The notes beneath the pieces are model-generated. The model saw only the letters and a program-made list of their open reading frames with translations. It was not told the DNA's origin and did not search any database. Of a stretch of DNA of 64,000 bases, positions 51,165-63,005 are shown piece after piece (positions within the stretch are counted from its first letter, which is position 1; the number at the start of each line of letters is the position of its first letter). The stretch is from NCBI GenBank assembly GCA_965153285.1, contig OZ229116.1. The stretch is one strand, 5' to 3'. This stretch comes from Podarcis tiliguerta (taxonomy: Eukaryota). The translations under genes and the position numbers were made by a program.

Positions 51165-51267
51165 TATAGAATGCTATCATTATGGTTTGTGTAAATTAGC
51201 ACAACTTCAGTTCATTCACAGGCTGAATATCGTAGATAGGTTCCTTGGTATTCCTGAAACCCTGGGT

Positions 51268-51405
51268 CAGGCATAGGCAAACTTGGACCACCAGATGTTT
51301 TGGGACTACAACTCCCATCATCCCTGACCACTCTGGTCCTGTTAGCAAGGGGTGATGGGAGTTGTAGTCCAAAAACATCTGGAGGGCCGAGTTTGCCTAT
51401 GCCTG
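51268..51405. mobile_element. Palindromic hAT MITE, young copy
   Basis: TIRs CAGGCATAGGCAAACT / AGTTTGCCTATGCCTG; perfect 8-bp TSD CCCTGGGT. Confidence 0.93.
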
Positions 51406-51464
51406 CCCTGGGTTCAACTTAATGATGCACTTCAGCATCATGAGACAAGGTCAGCAGTGATTGT

Positions 51465-51939
51465 ACTGTTGAGTGGTCTCTGTGCGTGGTTTGGGAGCTC
51501 CACAGTCAGGGAAAAAACAATGCTGTCCAGGGTTGTAAAGACTGCGGAGAGAATAACTGGGTGCACTCTTCCCACCTTGGATCAAATCTATGCTTCCAGG
51601 TGTCATAAGAAAGCTGCAGAGATAGTGCAGGATAGTGTGCACCCTGGAAATGATCTCTTTCAGCTTCTGCCTTCTGGAAGAAGGTACAGGGTTATAAAGA
51701 CTAGGACTAGCCGCCTGAGAAACAGTTTCTATCCAAATGCGATTTTGGTTTTAAACGCAGTGTAGTCTCTATGGGAGTATATTGTATTTAATTATGGGGT
51801 ATCAGAGTTTTTAGGGGGTCAACCAGGCTAGGATAGCAGGCTTGTTGGTTTTTAAATGGCTGATGTAGTTTTTTTCAATTTCGTTGTTCTGTATGGGACA
51901 ATGACAATAAAGATTATCGTATCGTATCATATATCGTAT
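51465..51939 (+). mobile_element. Rex1/Babar-clade non-LTR retrotransposon, 5'-truncated
   Basis: WFGSS...LSRVVKTAERITGCTLPTLDQIYASRCHKKA..IVQDSVHPGNDLFQLLPSGRRYRVIKTRTSRLRNSFYPNAILVLN* is the Rex1-type C-terminus; then ATGACAATAAAG and a (TATCG)n tail. Confidence 0.88.
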
Positions 51940-53035
51940 AAGCTTTTGAAACCTGTCAGGTTGGGGGGTTTCCTTGCATTCTCATCTTTGCCATGTTTTA
52001 AACACCTTTTCTTACAGGCCACTACCACATTTGCTATCTCATTAATTAGAAGTACTACTGTCACATACAAATTGGGAATATGTTAAATTTATTTATTAAC
52101 AGCCACAATTGTATCTGACTGTGCCTGCATCCAATAGGTGGCTGATCATTTGAAATATCAAATGAAATCCAGCCTGCAGTCCTCTTTCCCTTTGCTTCCC
52201 TCTCCCACTCCCACATGCCAGTTCTCTTATTCATCACTCTCTCTCTCCAACCTGGTGCCCTCTAGGTATTTTGGATGACAAATCCCACCACTCCCAGGCA
52301 GAAAAACCTTACTGACATTGGTTGAAGGAGGCGCACCAGTTTGGAGCTTCAGGTGGTTTTTTCAGTAGGACAAGAATTTGATCTCTCTTTCAGAAAGATC
52401 ATTTCAATTGCTGCTGCTGATTATTTTCGTCTCAGTTGTTTTTGGTCTGCTCTTTTATTGGTATTGTTTTTACGACGGCTGTTAGAGAAATCAAATGCTT
52501 AGTTTCAGGCTGGGAGGAAGGAGAAGAGCATGTTTAATACATAAAAATGAGTTGTATGGTAACAAAGAAGTTACACGAGGGTGTTCTTTCTTTTCTTTTC
52601 GCTATTGTTGCTAAACAAAGATGTTATCCTTGTCCCTGGAAGACAGAGATGCTAAGCATATGTCGTGCATGATGTCAAGTTATTGGCTGTAGTCTGTGTT
52701 CTTACAGCCTTGAGATGACATAATTAGGTACATTCTGTGAAAGTGACTTAAATTGTAACTCTTAGTTCCAATGAACTCAGCACATTTGGCACAGAATATC
52801 ATGCCGGAATTACAGGGAAGCCTTTTGTCTTAAGCGCAGATCACAAGTAAGACCAGTTTCTCTCTCTTCTGTGCACAGATTTCTGCTTTCATAGTTCCAC
52901 AATTTCTGGCACCATTTGATGCCTACTGAAACACCCTTAATATCCAAACTCTGTGGGTTTTTAGCTATGATACTGAGGGAGTGATCATAGCTCAGTGGTA
53001 GGGCATATGTTTTGTATGTAGATCTGAATTATTTG

Positions 53036-53130
53036 GTGTTGTAGATGCTGCTAAACTGCAACTCCCATTAGCCCCAGTAAACATGGCCAATGGCCAAGGA
53101 TGATGGGCGGTGTAGTTCAGCAGCATCTGA
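53036..53130. mobile_element. Palindromic hAT MITE remnant
   Basis: AGATGCTGCT..ACTGCAACTCCCAT...ATGGGCGGTGTAGTTCAGCAGCATCT inverted symmetry. Confidence 0.65.
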
Positions 53131-53375
53131 ACTACAGAGGGACAGAGATTCGGGTAGAATTATGTAGAACTTGGAGGGCAAAAAAGCATCTACTGATGAT
53201 TATGTGTTGTTAGCCCTTATCAAGCATTTCCATAGTAAATCTTTGTTAAATTCACCTGATTTCATTTGAACTTATGCCATTGCTTTTTACCTGATCACTC
53301 TGAAGTTCTTCAATAGCTATGTACATTTGAGTTTACTCAGAGTCACAGGGTACCATGGGTTTTGTAGTTATAATG

Positions 53376-53601
53376 CAGTGGTACCTCGGGTTACAGACGC
53401 TTCAGGTTACAGACTCTGCTAACCCAGAAATAGTACCCCGGGTTAAGAACTTTGCTGCAGGATGAGGACAGAAATTGCGCAATGGCGGTGTGGCGGCAGC
53501 AGGAGGCCCCACTAACTAAAGTGGTACCTCAGGTTAAGAATGGTTTCAGGTTAAGAACAGACCTCCAGAAAGAATTAAGTTCTTAACCCAAGGTACCACT
53601 G
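53376..53601. mobile_element. Tigger/pogo-like MITE (CAGTGGTACCTCGGGTT family)
   Basis: Both TIRs present; flanks TG / TA. Confidence 0.9.
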
Positions 53602-55604
53602 TAATGCAGAAACTTGTGGCTATACCACATCAAGAAGATTGCGGCATTAAGTACTTTTGCAACTGGCTTAAAGAATGAACATTTTGGAGGGTTTTTTGGG
53701 GGGGATTCAAAGCACAGGAGGTTAGTTGATGTGAAAGCATTAAATTGCTGTGAGAATAAAGTATCTGCAGAACACTTAATTCTATGAAATGAAAAAAAAT
53801 AATACTAGAACACTTAAAGAAAGCAGGTTTCAATATGCATGCCTATCAGAACAGTGTTTCGCTGTTTGTAAATTTTGACCCACACTACGCATTGAACAAA
53901 TTTCTGTAGCATCCCTACTATTAAAATGCATGTCGCTTTTAAAAAAAATAAACAGAAGCAGCCCTTGAATCCCCAAGAATAGAGAATAAAAACTTGCCAC
54001 TGACAGCCTCATTGTCTTTGCTTTTATCTGCAAAAGTCTGAAGAACTTAGCAGAAATCCTAAACAACATATATCTCCTGTGAAACCAATCAGCTTTGATA
54101 ATTTGTGAACAGGAGGAACCATGGACAGCTCCTTCCCTCTCCCCGTTCTTCTGCTTTCTTTCAGGGCACAAACAAGTTCTGTAGTAGTCCCCTGCTGGTG
54201 TGTAGGCAAGCAAGGAGAATCTTTTTACTCTTCTAAGAACACCTGCAAAGCAGCTGGACAGCACAGAAGAACACTTGGAGATTCTCTTCTGTGGCTGAGA
54301 TTCTTCTAATCTCCTAGAGCTTCCAGCAGCATCTTATGTTACCTTCGCTTATAAATGGTTCTGAATCACAGTATTCCAAAAGGCATGTTTCTTTAATGCT
54401 TAGCAGTATTTGGATGACAGAGGGCAACATCAAAGAACAGAACTGCAACAGAAAAGTATAGCAAGAGTCTTGCTGGCTTATCGCTGGCTGTTGTGTAAGT
54501 GATAATTTCTGCAAACCTCCATACAAAAACATTTCGCATTGTTGCGGCGCCAATTTCATTTTTATTCATCTATTGATTGCAATTAAAATCATCTTTCTTG
54601 TATTCAACTTAAATGCCTTGTCCAAAAGTCCATGGATCCGGAAAACTGTTTGACTCCACTCCTACAACCAGCTTTCAGGACCCAACTTCAAGATTATGTA
54701 TAATTGATTCAGGAAGCCATCTTTTTTGCACTTTGGGAGCAAAACTAGGGTGTCAAACAAGTGGCGATTGCCTCTGAAACTAGCATTCATCCATAATCTT
54801 GGTGTTTAATTTCCTAATGAGAGTCAACCAGATATTCACGTGGGATGGCTATGGGCTACAGAGCTATAAGGGAAACACATTTTACTTAGGATCACCAGCC
54901 CTCTCTTCCTCTTATCTTTCAGGACCGATCTTTATAAAAAGCTCCATTAGCTTGAAAGGAGCTAATGGAATGAATGAATGTGTTAATGAGCACTAGCTGA
55001 AACTAAGCCCCTGGCCGACTGTTCAACATTCTGCCCTGCTATCACAGGATTTCAGAGACTTTTCAAGAGAAATGCCTGAAATACCATAGAAAAGGTTGAG
55101 TTTTAATTGGCCTCGCACACAAGATTTCAGTATGGGCTCCTTTTAGCTCTGCCGAGACTTTGATGCTTTGCTTATCTTCTTTAGACGGAGTGTTTTAAAT
55201 ATGCAGCTCTGTTATTTTATCGGCTGTGTCTGACTTCAGATGAGATGCAACATTACTTATTTCTGACTACCGTATCAGAAATAAAGTCTAAGCAACACTG
55301 TATTCTGCTCAGATCTCTGAAGGGGGGAAAAACAACATCATTGTGATGAATAGGTTAAGATAAGATCAGCAAGCCATCAAGTTTGATACACTGTTCTTTA
55401 TTGCGTTCATCTTTCAAATACTGGAGTGGGAAGGTTATGCTTGATCACCGGCACTCAGAACTTTGTGAGTTACAGCCGCAACTTTGTGCAAATACTCCAA
55501 GTTTCCCAGACCTGGATTTCAAAAGCACGATCATTTATGATTGCATACAAGCTAGGTCTATGCATGATTTCTTGCTCAAGCCTGGCTCAGACTGAAGGCT
55601 ATGC

Positions 55605-55898
55605 CATACCCTCCAACATTTATTCGATGAAAATAGGGATGTCCTATTCCACTATGCGTGGCTTTCTATAGAAAAACATAATCAAACATTAAACATTAAA
55701 AAACTTCCCTTCAGATGTCTTCTAGAGGTTGTATAGTTAGTTCTCTTCTTGGCTCAGGGGGTCACATAACTCCATACTCTCCAGCATTTCTCCAATGAAA
55801 ATAGGGACATCTTAAGGAAAAGTGGGGAAATCCAGGATCAAATCAGAAGCTGGGATGGCTTCTGTAAATCCAGGGAATAGGGATGCTTGGAGGGTCTG
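55605..55898. mobile_element. Composite non-autonomous DNA transposon with duplicated left end and an internal antisense L2 3' fragment
   Basis: CATAC(C/T)CTCCA..AT...GAAAATAGGGA occurs at 55605 and 55773; right TIR TTGGAGGGTCTG; 55680-55750 is reverse-complementary to the L2 end at ~2800-2870. Confidence 0.7.
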
Positions 55899-56197
55899 TT
55901 ATGTATGCTGCTGGAATGCACAAGGTTCATTCTGCAAGTTAAAGGCTGCATTTTTCTCTGCTGCAAAACACGGTGTGTGTGTGTGTTTTTAAACAACAAC
56001 AACCCTAAAGACAAGCATAATTATTAGTGGCAACATATCTCTGGTTTTCCTGAATGTCATGGAGCTTAGGGGAGCTTCTCAGTTCCATCTCCTCTCCTTT
56101 TCACCACATGGCTTGGGAGTAACTCAACAAAAGGAAAAACGCCCCATAGTGCTGCTTCCAGGCACTGAGGGAAAGCCAGTGTAATATGAAATTGATG

Positions 56198-56890
56198 TAC
56201 AGATGGTACCTAACTCCAGTAAAATTATCAAAAATGTAGAAAAATAAAGAAAGAAAGTGTTGGAAATGTAAATCAACAGAAGGAATATTTTTTCATATGT
56301 GGTGGGATTGCAAAATTGTGAAGAAGTATTGGGAAATGATTTATAATAAATTGAAGAAGATGTTTAAAGTAACGTTTGTTAAAAAAAAAGCCAGTAGCTT
56401 TCCTACTAGGTGTTACAGGAGTAGATATACCAAGACCACAAAAAAACTTATTTAAGTATACAATGACAGTTGCACAAATACTATTCGCAGAACATTGGAA
56501 AGAAGAAGGTGTCCCAACTAAAGAAGACTGGCAAGTGAAATTAATGGAATAACCTGAAATGGCAAAATTGACTTTGAAATTAAGAGGAAGAGATGACAAT
56601 GAATTTAAAGAAGATTGGAAGGACTTTATTGCAAACATACAGAAGCAAGGTACACAGGTTAATACATTAGCAGGATTTAAAAAATACTTGTAAAGACATT
56701 GTGACTGGACAATAAGTAATTTTAATGATTTTATAATTTAAAATGGACATTCAGTATGATGATAAACAATGGAACTAGGGAAGGAATAGGGGGGAGTCAA
56801 CTCTTATTTTATTTTATTTTTAATGTTTGAATATTTATTGTTGCTTTTATTTATTGTTGTTTTTGGAAAATTAATGAAATAATATTTTAA
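56198..56890 (+). mobile_element. L1-clade LINE 3' fragment
   Basis: RWYLTPVKLSKM*...KCWKCKSTEGIFFHMWWDCKIVKKYW (CCHC knuckle)...AFLLG...HWKEEGVPTKEDW, with stops and a frameshift; A-rich sense strand; 3' UTR. Confidence 0.9.
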
Positions 56891-58044
56891 AAGGGGTGGG
56901 GGGAGAAAGTCAGTGTCATGTCGTTGATAAAGTTTCAGGCTACAATTTGGGTTCGAACCCCTGTGCAACCACAAAGATTGAGAGATCCTGGACCAGTCAT
57001 TACTATTGGTGTAAAACACCTTGTATGGGGTTGTTATGATGCTGAGAGTCAGTGCTGGATCTGCACATTTTGCCATAGGAGGCAGAAGTCTGTACTGCCG
57101 TCTTCCTCTCCTGAAGTGTCCATGAGCCAAGGCGTTGCATGCAACAAGGAAAGTTTGTGCTATAGGGACGGCGAATGGGGAGTGGGAGAGGAAGGGATGA
57201 AGGTAAGAAAGGCAGTGAGGTAGGTGGGTGGCATGCAAAGATGCTTCATCAAAAGCAAAGGAGCCTTGCTCACAGCATCTCAGACACAATTTCTTCTTAT
57301 TCTTTATAGAAGGGATAGGAAACCTGCAGAATTCTGGTCTACAACTCCCATCATCCTAGACTACAACTCCCATGGGTATGCTTGGCCATTTTTTGAAGAA
57401 ATTATGGCTAAACCCTAATGGCCCATGCCAGATAAAACTAAATTAATATTTTGAACCATTTAGACAGCTGATTACAGCAAAAGATCAAAAGCTCCTACTT
57501 TTATTTTTTTTTCAGGGGCTGAAGAGTGACAACAGATTTTTACAGCATGTGTTTTCAAATAAATTCAGTGGCTTTTCCGCTTCCAGATATTAAAAGTCAG
57601 AGAGTTTCCCCCCCTGAGATGATGGAAGGAAGGACAAGATTCTAAAACCGGTGGCCATCATTCATGAAGGGAACATGATGTGTTGGCATTCTACTATTCT
57701 CTCTCCAGCTCTTGCACTTTTTGAATGACAGCTTTGGTCCTGTTTGCAATTTTTCTCCCTCTCTGTACAGATGGTGCAGGATGCCAATTATAGTCTAGGC
57801 CAGAAGTAGAAATAACTGTTCTTCCATCAGCTTAGATTGATGGCACTGGCCTCTTCTGTTTGCCAATATCTCTGCGGAAATCCAACAGATGTTCAATCAG
57901 GAATTGGGTTTGCAACAACACACCTACACTTCCTCCCAGTTGTCCAATTCACGTCTAGGATGTTATTTATACAGGGACTTCTTGCCAAGGCTGAGTTCTG
58001 TTTTCATATACTACAAACTCCATTTCTCTGTATCATCTGGCTGT

Positions 58045-58340
58045 GCATGCCCTGGACCTGCAGTTGGATGATGGTCAATAAGCTAAGTCTGAATCCTGAC
58101 AAGACAGAGGCCCTGTGAGTGGGTGGTTCCCAGATCCAGGAATTATCTGTTATGGATGAGATTCCACTCCCTCTGAAGGAACATGTGCATAGACTGGTGT
58201 GTTCCTTGTGGCAGCTTCCATGGGTAGGAGCAACCTTTGCCACATTTGGCTGTTATTTCAACTAGAGCTGTTCCTGGACAGGAGCACCTTGGCCACAGTG
58301 ACCCATGCATTGGGATCTCAGGGTTGGATTACTGTAGTGG
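58045..58340 (+). mobile_element. L2-clade LINE ORF2 fragment
   Basis: WMMVNKLSLNPDKTEAL...PLPLKEHV...FLDRSTLATVTHAL...LDYC. Confidence 0.85.
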
Positions 58341-58580
58341 AGGCTGGTGGAGCGTAGACCTGGTAGCACCTAGGGCTCGGCAGAGCCTAGGAGGTCACAC
58401 AGTTGGAGCCAAGAAGGTAGGTCCTTGTGAGGTAAGCAGGGATAGGGTTGCAACCTTTGTTGTGAGAGAGATATGTGACCTACAATACTCCAAATCATGT
58501 CTATTTACAAGTTAAATTCTGTTGACTTCCATAAGATTTACAACTTGGAGGAAGTGGTCTTAGGATTGCAGTTTAGCCTA

Positions 58581-58806
58581 TTTGAAATCCTGGGCCACAT
58601 TAAGTGTAAATACATTTTGATGGATGTAATAATGGAATACTGAATGCTTTAGTTTATATAAAATATGCTGGGATTTATGTTGTGCAAAATGAACCATGGA
58701 AAGAGAGGAAGGGAAGTCATTGATATTTTAAGGTTGTTTAAGTGAATATTCTAAAATGTAAAACAGAAATTTAATTAAATAAATTAAAGTAAAAAAGAAA
58801 TAAAAA
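58581..58806 (+). mobile_element. Short 5'-truncated L1-like 3' UTR insertion
   Basis: A-rich tail; 19-bp TSD AGGATT(G/T)CAGTTTAGCCTA at 58562-58580 and 58807-58825; resembles 56720-56890. Confidence 0.75.
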
Positions 58807-59384
58807 AGGATTTCAGTTTAGCCTACAATCCTAAACCAACTTACCTGGGAATTATCTTTTCCCTACTAAATTTAATAGAATTTGCCTCACTCAGTAAAGC
58901 TCTTCTGGCTAGAATGGCTTAGCCACAAAAGGCAAGGGTCACACAGATTAAGAACAGCATGTCTATACCGTCAGGTTACAAAACCTGAAACTGATCGCAT
59001 GACATCTGACCAGTACTGGACACCTCCAAAGGAACTGGAGCAACTGGCACATCCAGGTAAGAGTGAACCCAAGAGTCTAGAGTAAATGCCTCATAAGTTT
59101 GTCACAGCAGGTTTCAGAGGACTCTAAAACCACAATAGCTGAACTTGATAGCAGTAGTCCTGTCACAACTGGGAGAAAAACTCCACTGCATGGCTACTTG
59201 AGGATGCAACAGAGGTTGCAAGGTAAATCTTTTCTGCCTCCTTCATTGTCACGTCTTGGAAGATGTAACTCAAATAAGGTCCTTTTGATTAAATTTCATT
59301 GAGGAGCTGTTTACAAGGTAATGTGATTGCAGTCCAGAATTGCATACACAGGGGGCTGATATTTGCTAAAGGTCTTTTTTAATC

Positions 59385-59648
59385 TCATAGATAATGGTCC
59401 AAAAAGACCCCGTGGCTCGAATTCAGCAAAGTTCAAATTGGAAACAACGTTTTAACATTTTGGGTAATCAACCGGTGGAACAGATTACCATGGGATGTGG
59501 TTAAGTTTGCCATTACTTGGCGTCTTCAAATCAGGACCAAATGGCTTTTCTAGAAGATGTGCCCTGTATGTTCAAATGCAAGCTAATAGAATTACATCCT
59601 TTTGTGTAATCATGGGAGTCAACGGATGCTCAGATATGACTAGATGAA
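59385..59648 (+). mobile_element. Ancient CR1 ORF2 C-terminus and 3' end
   Basis: LTFWVINRWNRLPWDVV...LGVFKS, ending in GACTAGATGA. Confidence 0.65.
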
Positions 59649-61204
59649 GCCAGGGGTGAGCAAACTTTAACAATATCTCCATGCCATTATTAGCTATGGG
59701 CAACACTGCACATTTGATTTGCCTTTAAAAAATGCAATTGTCAATTATTTCTGTTGGGCTCTTAGGTGTTTTAATGCGCTGGCTATTTAAATGTTTTATG
59801 CTTGCTGTAATGTGAGGGTTTCTGCCCCTGAAAGGCAGGTTATAAAATAAAATAAAATAAATGGTACTTTTTAAATGTTCAAAAGTAATCCCTTTTTTTT
59901 CTTTTCAAAATTGAATTCACTGGAGGACTTACACCCAGGCAAGAAGGACTGCAGCCTAATTTGGGCTGGATTGATTTTAATTACATGGACATAGCTCCAA
60001 TGTATTTTATTTTTCTTAAAGCACAGGGAATTAATCAAAAACAGGGCACGGTGCCTGTTTCCCACCATGCCTTTTCCTTTAAATAATCTTCTCCACAACC
60101 CCACCCCCCACCCTCACACACAACTGATCTACCGTAGCAACAGGGGAGGTGAAAGGTGACAGTTTTGTGCATGGCTTTTCTCCCCCTGCTGGTGGGGACA
60201 AATTAGATCAAGAAAATGTTTGGGGCTAAGGGGCTGAATATCCCCTTCCCTAGCAACATTGCTATGATCCAAACAAGCCTCACTGAGGAGAGCTAATCAT
60301 CAATCCCCCACATCGTATCTGTTTTAGCCCTAGGATTGTGGTACCATCCATATATAACAGACTTGCCCTTGGATGAATGAGAGAGCCCCTTTCATGAAGG
60401 GAATGGGCTGAGATTCAGCAGAAGCTCTTGGTAGAAGAGAAGGCTGAAGAAAGACATTTTTTTACTGATTTCACCCTGCAGCCTTCTGCACAACTTCCCA
60501 TGCTGTTCTAGTGGGTCCCCCAATTCTCTAGAGCAGCTTTTCAGGGGCAATGGAGGACTTTGGGCTTTAAAATTTCAGTGGGACCCTGTGCACCACCAAA
60601 ATTCAGTACCCCCGCCTCTCACCTTCCATTGTTCGCCATGGTTGCTTGGCGCCCAGTGTGGGTGAACTGGTCATGCTCCCCTCAATCTACCTCTGTCAGT
60701 GGGCACCAGACAGGGGAGGAGTAATCAACAAAAAGTGCCTCCTCCAGTGAGAGCATCCAGTGAATGACTTTCACTCACTGGATCCAACTCATTATTCTCT
60801 CACCGTATATTTTATGGGGGGAAATTGACCAGCATAAAGACCATGCAAAAGGAGCAGTGAAGGCCTTGCCCATGGTTGGGCTTGGTGAGGCAGTCACCTC
60901 AGGCAGCAGGCTGGGAGACAGTTGGGAGAGGCAGCTGATCTGGGCCCTGAGGAGCATGTCGCTTGCTACCTATTACGATTGTTGCCCACTGTCACCTGCC
61001 TGCCACTGCTGCCTGCTCCTTTCTGGCTTCCTTTTTTCTCCCCTGACACTGCCAGCATTCCAGGGCTTCCTCAGGCCTCCTGCAGCCACCTCAGGTGGCA
61101 GTGGTGGCCGAGGTGGTGGTGCCATTTTCTGTTTTGCCTCAAGCCCAGCCCTGAAAACAAGGTGAGCTTCAACCTAGTGCTGTGCAGTAGGGCTTATTCA
61201 AGTA

Positions 61205-61687
61205 CAGTGGTACCTCGGGTTACAGACACTTCAGGTTACGGACTCCGCTAACCCAGTAATAGTACCTCAGGTTAAGAACTTTGCTTCAGGATGAGAACAG
61301 AAATCGGTGGCGCAGCAGCAGCAGGGGGAGGCCCCATTAGCTAAAGTGGTACCTCAGGTTAAGAACAGTTTCAGGTTAAGAACGGACTTCCAGAACAAAT
61401 TACCGTATTTTTCGCTCTGTAAGACGCACCAGACCACAAGACGCACCTAGTTTTTGGAGGAGGAAAACAAGAAAAAAAATATTCTGAATCTCAGAAGCCA
61501 GAACAGCAAGAGGGATCGCTGGGCAGTGAAAGTAGCAATCCCTCTTGCTGTTCTGGCTTCTGTGATAGCTGCGCAGCCTGCATTTGCTCCATAAGACGCA
61601 CACACATTCCCCCTTACTTTTTAGGAGGGAAAAAGTGAGTCTTATAGAGCAAAAAATACGATAAGTTCTTAACCCGAGGTACCACTG
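61205..61687. mobile_element. Tigger/pogo-like MITE interrupted by a nested CCGTA-type MITE
   Basis: Both TIRs with TA flanks; host sequence resumes exactly after the insert. Confidence 0.92.
61403..61661. mobile_element. CCGTA-type (Tc2/pogo-like) MITE, nested
   Basis: TA duplication (61401-61402, 61662-61663); ends homologous to 49-217; internal palindrome CAGAAGCCAGAACAGCAAGAGGGAT / ATCCCTCTTGCTGTTCTGGCTTCTG. Confidence 0.9.
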
Positions 61688-62831
61688 TAATAAGTTGCAC
61701 AAAGAGCCCAATGTGGTTCATTAAGAGCAGCTGTCGTGATTTAGGATATCTCCTCTCTCTTTCAAGGCCAGGGCTGAGGAGCCTGTGGCCATCCTTCAAC
61801 TCCCATCAGCCTCGGCCAGCGAGGGCAATGTCTAGTACCAGCACAAGCCTTGTCTCCTTTCACATGTTCTGGTCTCTACGTTCCTTGTCTTTATGCTCCT
61901 TGTCTCTATGTTCTGGTATCACTTGTCCTTCCATTCTTGTGCTAAAGGCAAAATAGCACACCAAACGCCACCACCATCAACAACAGAGTTATTTCAGTTA
62001 AAAGTCTGCAATGCTTCTCTGGAGGCTGAGGTATGTTGCTTAATACTACTCATTTGCATAAGTACCTTTTCTGAAAAGGAATGATTCAGGCATTAAGATG
62101 TATCCTAATAGATCTCACTCTCCCCCCCCCCTTGCAAAGGTAAATCCCTAGGGTGAGTTGAGAATTATACATTTAAATCCATGAAGGTTGGGTTTTGCTT
62201 TTGTGTTTTTTGGTGGTGTATGTGCTGCTGGCTGACTCACCGTAGGAAAACAGATACAACCTGGGAAAGGAGGGGGGAGCTTGTTTTGAGTCTCGCTGCA
62301 TTCTGTACCCAAAGGGTTTTGCTTTAAGGAAGATTACAAGCAATTCATTAATATCTTAATGGAATATGTAATTAATTAAGTAGCAGTAAGGAAAGGGGAA
62401 GTTTGGGGATTAACCATACCTCTATGTAGGCTGATGGGAAATTTAGGCATAATCAGTTTATATAATGCAAAAATTAACAAGTTAGGACTAACTGAAGCTC
62501 TGTTCTCAGGGTTTATTAACAGAGTTGGAAATCTCCATATCAGAGGTAACTGTTAGTGTGTTAGTGTGTGCGCGCCCTGGCCCTTTAAGAGCTAATCCCA
62601 CACTGGGAGAGTTAGGTGAGTCTAGGGAGTTGTTCTGCAGAGAAGCCATGACTTTTCATGATAAAGAGCATCAAGTACAAGAAACTTTAAAGCTGGCTCT
62701 AGTCTTAAAGAAAAGCCAAACTTTACTGGACTGCTCTGCTGTTCCTGCTGATATTAATTTGAGACCTGGAGTCTGTGAGACTGGCTTTGGACTCTGCATA
62801 GCGCACACAAGTTGTGTGTGCCAGTGAAGTA

Positions 62832-63005
62832 CAGTGGTACCTTGGTTTTTGAGCATCTCGGAAGCCGAACGTTTTGGAACCTGAACGCCAAAAACCCGGA
62901 AGTCACTGCTTCCATTTTTGAACATGCCTTGGAAGTCGAACGGCTTCCGCTGCATTTTTTTCTTTTTTTCTCCATTGGCTTTGCCGACTGCCCTTTGCGC
63001 CTCAG
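62832..63005. mobile_element. One end of another Tigger/pogo-like element
   Basis: TA-CAGTGGTACCTTGGTTTTTGA start with repeated GGAAG.CGAACG motifs; no partner TIR found. Confidence 0.65.

Noticed and set aside
56273-56638. 121-aa minus-strand ORF
   Set aside because: Antisense shadow of the L1 ORF2 fragment on the + strand.
60179-60195. CTCF-like motif on the minus strand (CCAGCAGGGGGAG)
   Set aside because: Single imperfect motif match; not supportable without ChIP or conservation.
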